Shown: positions 58,046-64,000 of the stretch, one piece after another
How the letters are laid out: every line of letters begins with the position of its first letter
How positions within the stretch are numbered: the stretch's first letter is position 1
Assembly (NCBI GenBank): GCA_045594425.1
Contig: JAZNYK010000003.1
Location: forward strand, 2,929-66,928
From: Clostridia bacterium
Lineage (GTDB): Bacteria > Bacillota > Clostridia > Christensenellales > UBA1242
DNA length: 64,000 bases
Direction of reading: 5' to 3'
Notes under the pieces: generated by a model
Told to the model about the DNA's origin: nothing
The model's input: the letters and a program-made list of their open reading frames with translations, nothing else
Databases searched by the model: none
Program-made: the position numbers and the translations under genes

Positions 58046-59467
58046 ATGAACATTAAATATAGAGAAAGTTTAAACGAACAAATTAGAAAATTTATAGCAA
58101 TTGGCGAGTGGGATGAAAAACCTCGTTTTACTGACATCAAAAGAACAATAACAGTTGGTGCCAGTATGTTTTATACTGCAATTGCAAAAACTGATGGAAG
58201 ATATGGTGTTAAAGCGGGTGATTTGGTTTATTTTAAGAAAAACCCAACACGTGGCGTAAACCCAAATAATGCTAGAACTGATGAAGCCAGAGGAAGTTGT
58301 GAAGATATTGGTGAAGTTTTAACACACTTTACAGTTAAAGCCATGAATGAAAAACTTGGTGATGATGCTGTTTTTGAAGTTACACCTTATGACTTTGCCG
58401 AATATGAAGACGATATTTTTTGGTCGGCTATTGCAAAAGAAACATCGGCTCTTGTAAAAAGTAAAAGAATTTATGGTTGTATGTCACCAAACTGTATTGA
58501 CCCTAATGGTGAAATTATTCACGGAAACACTTTAATAAGGTGTTTAATGCCAAATGTAAAATCAATCAGAAGTGATGATAACACTTTATACAACTATCAA
58601 ATGGCAAGTCTTGCATATGCAGAGCAAGCAAAAGAAAAAGGTCAAGAAGTATTAATCCATCCAAAGAATGCTAGGGCAGACTTCGTTGAACTTATGGTTG
58701 ACTTTATGGGTGGCAATAGCGACAGACACTGCAAGAACAGAACAAAACAAATTATAAAACTTCCTGATGGAAGGGCTGTTTTGGTTAATACTACTGGTCT
58801 TGATAACGGTGGTGTTTTGGGTCTTCAGAGCACAAATTGTTATAATTTGTTTATGAATCAATATCAAAAATTAATGGAAAAAGGGAAACTTCTTCCTTTT
58901 GAAGAACATTCAGGATTTATTGACCGCTCACCATTCAATCAATATTTTGACTTTACTATTGGTGCTGAATGTTTCAAAGATAAACGAATTGCAAATGCTT
59001 ATCAAAATTTGTCTTATGAAGAACAAATTGTTGCACTTGTCAGTCAAAACAAAATTTTGTTTAATGATTTAAAAAATGTGTATCAACATTTTGATTATGA
59101 TGCTGGTGCAAGGTTAATGAAAAAACACGTTAAGTTTAATTATTTAACATCTGATGAAATCGAACGTCTTGAAGGTTTGGGAAGAACAGTTGACCATGTC
59201 AATGGTTCACATCTCCCAGGTATGCATTTAGTTGCAGCGGCTCAACTTGAAATGAAGCGTGAAATGTTAAGCAGAGCAATGGCAAATGTTATGGGTGTTG
59301 CGTTTGATGAAGAATTATTCAAGCAAAACAAGATGTATTATGTTGATATGTTTGAACCTTATGTTAAAGAAAATGAACTAACTATTCACATTGCTTCAAA
59401 TGCAGAAATCAAAACCTTCGACAAGCAAATTGAAGAAATAAAACAAAGTGCAAAACAAAAACAATAA
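58046..59467 (+). CDS. HipA-like (HipT-like) Ser/Thr kinase-fold protein lacking the HipA N-subdomain, with a roughly 170-aa C-terminal helical extension
   Basis: ADFVELMVDFMGGNSDRHCKNRTKQIIKLPDGRAVLVNTTGLDNGG aligns with E. coli HipA FQWLIGATDGHAKNFSVFIQAGGSYRLTPFYDIIS (catalytic D-x-H-x-K-N plus a distal Asp). ITVGASMFYTAI aligns with the HipA P-loop ISVAGAQEKTAL but lacks QEK. Confidence 0.5.
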   Translation: MNIKYRESLNEQIRKFIAIGEWDEKPRFTDIKRTITVGASMFYTAIAKTDGRYGVKAGDLVYFKKNPTRGVNPNNARTDEARGSCEDIGEVLTHFTVKAMNEKLGDDAVFEVTPYDFAEYEDDIFWSAIAKETSALVKSKRIYGCMSPNCIDPNGEIIHGNTLIRCLMPNVKSIRSDDNTLYNYQMASLAYAEQAKEKGQEVLIHPKNARADFVELMVDFMGGNSDRHCKNRTKQIIKLPDGRAVLVNTTGLDNGGVLGLQSTNCYNLFMNQYQKLMEKGKLLPFEEHSGFIDRSPFNQYFDFTIGAECFKDKRIANAYQNLSYEEQIVALVSQNKILFNDLKNVYQHFDYDAGARLMKKHVKFNYLTSDEIERLEGLGRTVDHVNGSHLPGMHLVAAAQLEMKREMLSRAMANVMGVAFDEELFKQNKMYYVDMFEPYVKENELTIHIASNAEIKTFDKQIEEIKQSAKQKQ

Positions 59468-59479
59468 TTGGAGTTTATT

Positions 59480-59797
59480 ATGAAAGTTATTAAAGTTTGT
59501 TACAAAGATATTGTGCTTGGAAAACTCACCTTTCAAGAGGGTGTTTATTGCTATGAGGCGTCAAAAATAGGCGTTGACAAGGCATACAAAAAAGGTTACA
59601 CAACATTTGTTTATGATTGCGACCAAAGTTTTGTTAGTGACACATTGCCGGCTGCATTCCAAGATTTGATTTCCGAAGAAATAGTTGCAAATATTTCTTC
59701 GTTAACAGAGATTTTGGAAACCGACACAGAGTTTGATGTGCTTTATAAATTTGCGGCTTTAGATGTTGGCAAACCAGATTTCCATGTTGAAATTTAA
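59480..59797 (+). CDS. HipS-like protein (stand-alone HipA N-terminal subdomain, about 105 aa)
   Basis: IKVCYKDIVLGKLTFQEGVYCYE, TLPAAFQDLISEE and EFDVLYKFAALDVGKPDF align with HipA LVTWMNNQRVGELTKLANGAHTFKY, FNFFDNLLPDS and PFDLLSEIGRDSVGAV. Start moved to ATG 59480, which follows TTGGAG. Confidence 0.55.
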   Translation: MKVIKVCYKDIVLGKLTFQEGVYCYEASKIGVDKAYKKGYTTFVYDCDQSFVSDTLPAAFQDLISEEIVANISSLTEILETDTEFDVLYKFAALDVGKPDFHVEI

Positions 59798-59804
59798 AAA
59801 ATTT

Positions 59805-59835
59805 ACCCCGCCTCACAAAAAGGCGGGTTTTTTGT
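59805..59835 (+). terminator. Rho-independent terminator
   Basis: CCCGCCT-CACAAAA-AGGCGGG followed by TTTTTT. Confidence 0.85.
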
Positions 59836-59900
59836 TTGCTAAATTTTAAAAACATAATATAATGTATATGGACAAAATTAAAATATCTGCAGGTGAATAA

Positions 59901-60155
59901 ATGAATCTTAAGAAGGCAGTTGCCGAAAGACTTTCACAAATTTTAAGAGAAAGAAGTTTAACTCAATATGCACTATATAAAATTTCCGGCGTGCCACAAA
60001 GCACAATAAGCACAATTTTAAACGGTGACATAAAAACAATCAAGTTAAGCACACTTCACGATATATGCGTGGGGCTGGGCATAAATCTTTCAGATTTCTT
60101 TGCCACAGATTCACTAAAAAATCATAGTTTAAAAAACCAACACGAAACCGATTAG
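59901..60155 (+). CDS. Small XRE-family HTH protein (84 aa)
   Basis: RLSQILRERSLTQYALYKISGVPQSTISTILNGDIKTIKLSTLHDICVGLGINLSDFF is a Cro/C1 HTH. SD AGGTGAATAA. Confidence 0.75.
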   Translation: MNLKKAVAERLSQILRERSLTQYALYKISGVPQSTISTILNGDIKTIKLSTLHDICVGLGINLSDFFATDSLKNHSLKNQHETD

Positions 60156-60168
60156 TGTTGGTTTTTTG
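60135..60168 (+). terminator. Rho-independent terminator overlapping the HTH gene stop codon
   Basis: AACCAACAC...GTGTTGGTT followed by TTTT. Confidence 0.8.
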
Positions 60169-60464
60169 TTTGCTTTAAAATTTAAACCAAAAACGTCAAA
60201 AAGTTTAAATGTTTTGCATGAAAATTTTTGAAAATTATTGACACTATTTGACATTCATGTTATCATAATATAGCATACCATAATTATCATCATAAGTATG
60301 CCCTTTTGGGCGATAGTTATGGTTTTATAAGTCAATTGTGTAGATATTAACATAATTTTGTCCTTTTTATTTGTTTAATATGGAATCGACTATCTTTTGG
60401 CTTCGCTAGAAATTTGTGCTTATTATCAAAAATGACTCTTTTTAATATTTTTTGGGAGGACTAC

Positions 60465-63400
60465 ATGAGTAGTAATAACTTAAACATCAAAAAAGTCAAG
60501 TTCGGTAACACGGAGAGATACAAGTTTGGTAAAATTGATGAAGTTATGGAAATTCCATACCTTGTTGAAGTTCAAAAAGATAGTTATCAAAACTTCATAA
60601 CAAAAGGCATTCGCGATGTTCTTCGCGATTTTTCTCCAATCACTGACACTGACAACTTGAATCGTTCAGATGCAAGGGAAGACAACACAGATGCACGTGT
60701 TGAACTTTATTTTCTTGACCATATGCTCGACGGCAAGCCAAAGTATACTGAAGCAGAGTGTAAGGCAAGAGATGCAACTTATGCCATGCCTTTAAAGGTA
60801 AAAGTTCGTTTGGTTTACAAAGAAACAGGCGAAGTTGTTGACCAAGATGTCTATATGGGTGACATTCCTATCATGACAGACAATGGTTCATTTATTATCA
60901 ATGGTGCAGAACGTGCCATCGTTAGCCAACTTGTTAAGAGCCCTAGCGTTTATTGCAGCCAAGGCGTTAATAAACTTGGAAACTTTGTAACTGAAACAGA
61001 CATCATTCCTGCACGTGGTGCATGGATTGAATTTGAAGAAGATAACAATGGTGTTATCTGGGTTCACGTTGACCGTTCAAGAAAAATGGTGGGAACAATT
61101 TTCCTTAGAGCATTAGGTCTTTCTTCAGATGAAGAACTTCTTAATATGTTCGACAATGACCCATCTGTTCAAAAAACAATCGAAAAAGACCCAACCAAAT
61201 CTATGGAAGAAGCACTTATTGAAATCTCAAAAAGACTTCGTCCTGGTGAAGTATTTAACTTGAAAGCAATCAAGAAAGATTTGGAAAAGAGATTCTATTC
61301 AACACGTAGATATGACATCACAGGTGTTGGACGTTACAAATTCAACCAAAAACTCAGTTTGGCAACAAGAATCGAAGGCAAAACACTTGCTGAAGATATT
61401 GTTATTAATGGCAAAGTTTATGCAGCCGCTGGCGAAGTTTTGGATGAAGAAAGAGCAAAATTTGTTCAAAATTCAGGTGTAAACAAAGTTGCTGTTGAAG
61501 GCAAACTTTCAAAATTCTATGTTTTGGGCAACAACCGTGTTGACCTTGAAGCATACACTGGAATCAAAAATGCAGACGTTGAAATTGATGAACTTGTTCA
61601 CCTTCCAACACTTCTTGAAGTTTTGAAAGGTTGCAAAAACAAAGAAGAAAAAATCAACGCAATCAAAGAAAACAAAGATGAACTTGTTGGCAGACACGTT
61701 ATGTTTGACGACATTTTGTCAGCATTTAACTATCACCTTTGCATTAAGCAAGGTCTTGGAAATTTGGATGATGTTGACCACCTTGGAAACAGAAGAATCA
61801 AAACAGTTGGTGAACTTCTCCAAGCACAATTCTTCATTGGCATGGCAAGACTTGAAAGAGTTATCTCTGAAAGAATGCAAGTTCAACAAGTTGAAGATAT
61901 CACTCCAAGCACACTTATTAATGTGCGTCCAGTTTCTGCTGCTATCCGTGAATTCTTTGGTTCAAGCCAAATGTCACAATTCATGGAACAAACAAACCCA
62001 ATTGCATCGCTCACACACAAAAGAAAGGTTTCTTCTATCGGACCTGGTGCGCTTACTCGTGAAAGAGCAGGCTTTGACGTGCGTGACGTTCACTACACAC
62101 ACTACGGACGTTTGTGTCCAAACGAAACTCCTGAAGGTCAAAACATCGGTCTTATCAACTCTCTTGCAACTTATGCAAAACTTGATAAGTATGGCTTTGT
62201 TGAAGCACCTTACAAGAGAATCGACAAAGAAACCGGAAAGGTTACTAAAGAAGTTGTCTATATGACAGCAGACGTTGAAGAAAAATACGTTATTGCCCAA
62301 GCAAACGAACCATTAACAGAAGATGGCAAACTTGCACACGAAAGAGTTACTTGTCGTAAAAAAGGTGAAATTGTGGAACTTCCAAGAGAACAAATCGACT
62401 TTATTGACGTTTCTCCAAAGGAACTTGTATCTATTGCTACAACCCTTGTTCCATTCATTGAAAATGACGACACCACTCGTGCGATGATGGCGTCAAACAT
62501 GCAACGTCAAGCCGTTCCACTTTTGAAAACTGAAGCGCCTATTATTGGCACAGGCACAGAACACAGAATCGCTGTTGACTCTGGTGTTATGGTTGTTGCT
62601 AAATCTGATGGTGTTGTTAAATATGTTTCAAGCGAAAAAATCGTTCTTGAAACTGCAAACGGTGATGAAACTTATGAACTTGTTAAGTTTGTTCGTTCAA
62701 ACTCTGGCACTTGTATGTGTCAAAAAGCAATTGTATCACATGGTCAAAAGATTAAGAAAGGTGACGTTCTTGCTGATGGTCCATCAACAAGCAATGGTGA
62801 ACTTTCAATCGGTAAAAACATTCTCATCGCATTCATGCCTTGGGAAGGCTACAACTTCGATGACGCTATCTTGATTTCAGATGAACTTGTTGAAGATGAC
62901 GTTTTAACTTCAATTCACATTGAAGAATATGAACAAGATGCTCGTGACACAAAACTCGGACCTGAAGAAATCACAAGAGATATTCCAAACATTGGTGAAG
63001 ATGCTCTTGTTAACCTTGACGAAAATGGTATTGTTCGTATTGGTGCAGAAGTTACCACAGGTGACATTTTGGTCGGAAAAGTTACACCAAAAGGTGAAAC
63101 TGAACTCACACCTGAAGAAAGACTTCTTCGTGCTATTTTCGGTGAAAAAGCAAGAGAAGTTCGTGACACATCACTTCGTGTTGGTCATGGTGAAGGTGGT
63201 ATTGTTGTAGACGTTAAAGTCTTCACAAGAGAAAACAAAGACGAACTCCCAACTGGCGTATCAAAACTTGTTAGAGTATACATCGCTCAAAAGAGAAAAA
63301 TGAGCGTTGGTGACAAGATGTCTGGTCGTCACGGAAACAAGGGTGTTGTTTCAAGAATTTTGCCAAAGGCAGATATGCCATTCCTTCCTGATGGAACCCC

Positions 63401-64000
63401 TGTTCAAATCTTATTGAACCCACTTGGCGTTCCTTCTCGTATGAACATCGGACAACTTCTTGAAGTTCACCTCGGATTTGTTGCTAAAGCCCTTGGTTGG
63501 AAGATTGCAACACCTGTATTCGATGGTGCTCATGAAGACGACATCCAACAAATTTTAAGAGATAATAACTTCCCTGAAGATGGAAAAATCCAACTTTATG
63601 ACGGAAGAACTGGTGAACCATTTGAAAACAGAACAACCGTTGGTATCATGTATATGCTTAAACTTCACCACTTGGTTGTTGATAAAATGCACGCACGTTC
63701 AACTGGTCCATACTCACTTGTAACCCAACAACCTCTTGGCGGTAAAGCACAACTTGGTGGTCAAAGATTCGGTGAAATGGAAGTTTGGGCACTCGAAGCA
63801 TATGGCGCTGCAAACATTCTACAAGAAATGCTTACCGTTAAGTCAGACGACGTTATGGGTAGACAAAAGGTATTTGATTCTATTATCAAGCCCAATGCAA
63901 CTATGGCAGCTCCCGGACTACCCGAAGCATTCAAGGTTCTCAAGAAAGAAATGCAATCACTCTGTATGGACGTTAAACTTCTTACCGATACCAATGCAGA
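60465..64000 (+). CDS. rpoB: DNA-directed RNA polymerase beta subunit (3' end runs off the window; absent from ORF track)
   Basis: ATG 60465 follows [51 protein letters not shown] start. [19 protein letters not shown] near 63310..63365. The frame stays open to the window end. Confidence 0.93.
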   Translation, partial: MSSNNLNIKKVKFGNTERYKFGKIDEVMEIPYLVEVQKDSYQNFITKGIRDVLRDFSPITDTDNLNRSDAREDNTDARVELYFLDHMLDGKPKYTEAECKARDATYAMPLKVKVRLVYKETGEVVDQDVYMGDIPIMTDNGSFIINGAERAIVSQLVKSPSVYCSQGVNKLGNFVTETDIIPARGAWIEFEEDNNGVIWVHVDRSRKMVGTIFLRALGLSSDEELLNMFDNDPSVQKTIEKDPTKSMEEALIEISKRLRPGEVFNLKAIKKDLEKRFYSTRRYDITGVGRYKFNQKLSLATRIEGKTLAEDIVINGKVYAAAGEVLDEERAKFVQNSGVNKVAVEGKLSKFYVLGNNRVDLEAYTGIKNADVEIDELVHLPTLLEVLKGCKNKEEKINAIKENKDELVGRHVMFDDILSAFNYHLCIKQGLGNLDDVDHLGNRRIKTVGELLQAQFFIGMARLERVISERMQVQQVEDITPSTLINVRPVSAAIREFFGSSQMSQFMEQTNPIASLTHKRKVSSIGPGALTRERAGFDVRDVHYTHYGRLCPNETPEGQNIGLINSLATYAKLDKYGFVEAPYKRIDKETGKVTKEVVYMTADVEEKYVIAQANEPLTEDGKLAHERVTCRKKGEIVELPREQIDFIDVSPKELVSIATTLVPFIENDDTTRAMMASNMQRQAVPLLKTEAPIIGTGTEHRIAVDSGVMVVAKSDGVVKYVSSEKIVLETANGDETYELVKFVRSNSGTCMCQKAIVSHGQKIKKGDVLADGPSTSNGELSIGKNILIAFMPWEGYNFDDAILISDELVEDDVLTSIHIEEYEQDARDTKLGPEEITRDIPNIGEDALVNLDENGIVRIGAEVTTGDILVGKVTPKGETELTPEERLLRAIFGEKAREVRDTSLRVGHGEGGIVVDVKVFTRENKDELPTGVSKLVRVYIAQKRKMSVGDKMSGRHGNKGVVSRILPKADMPFLPDGTPVQILLNPLGVPSRMNIGQLLEVHLGFVAKALGWKIATPVFDGAHEDDIQQILRDNNFPEDGKIQLYDGRTGEPFENRTTVGIMYMLKLHHLVVDKMHARSTGPYSLVTQQPLGGKAQLGGQRFGEMEVWALEAYGAANILQEMLTVKSDDVMGRQKVFDSIIKPNATMAAPGLPEAFKVLKKEMQSLCMDVKLLTDTNA

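Noticed and set aside
60170-60464. The roughly 300-nt region upstream of rpoB as a possible ncRNA or riboswitch
   Set aside because: It contains overlapping TTGACA-type promoter elements and an A/T-rich leader, but I could not identify any conserved structure. I treat it as an ordinary 5' UTR.
1-64000. Possibility of an alternative genetic code, because the two largest edge genes were missing from the ORF track
   Set aside because: Both missing genes (1..1483 minus strand and rpoB 60465..64000) are simply truncated by the window edges. All internal genes read through cleanly in the standard code.

Overview
AT-rich chromosomal segment read in the standard genetic code. A tricistronic gerA-family germinant-receptor operon marks it as an endospore-forming Bacillota (Clostridia-like) genome. 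Most of the window is housekeeping. It holds a glycogen cluster (malQ-glgB-glgA-glgP plus a GH13 enzyme), NAD genes, dxs, a glmU(C-domain)-glmM-glmS operon, dut, a P-type ATPase, rpsF-ssb-rpsR, dnaB, the str operon (rpsL-rpsG-fusA-tuf) and the 5' part of rpoB. No rRNA, tRNA, CRISPR array, transposase or integrase was recognised. The ORF track omits ORFs truncated by the window edges (a transglutaminase-like gene at the left edge, rpoB at the right). It also extends many ORFs to the most upstream ATG/GTG/TTG, so I re-called starts using Shine-Dalgarno sites. The unusual material lies in three places. (1) Between tuf and rpoB (55.3-60.2 kb) there are two tandem copies of a two-gene cassette. Each pairs a helical protein that has a central hydrophobic hairpin with a small DUF1292-like protein. 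They are followed by a split HipA-like kinase module (kinase, then a HipS-like N-subdomain protein, then a lone XRE HTH gene). (2) Between the dnaB cluster and rpsL (44.5-50.5 kb) lies a block of orphan operons. It includes a translationally coupled HicB-like operon with no HicA, and a paralogous gene pair that shares a near-identical promoter and 5' leader. (3) At 24.3-26.5 kb there is a chromosomal ParM/Alp-type actin-like ATPase with a Met/Gln/Pro-rich partner protein and a palindrome over its promoter. Smaller oddities are five AT-hook-like repeats at the C-terminus of GlgB, a GlmU reduced to its acetyltransferase domain, and a duplicated ~50-nt element between rpsR and dnaB. All functional calls rest on motifs read by eye. 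No database search was run.
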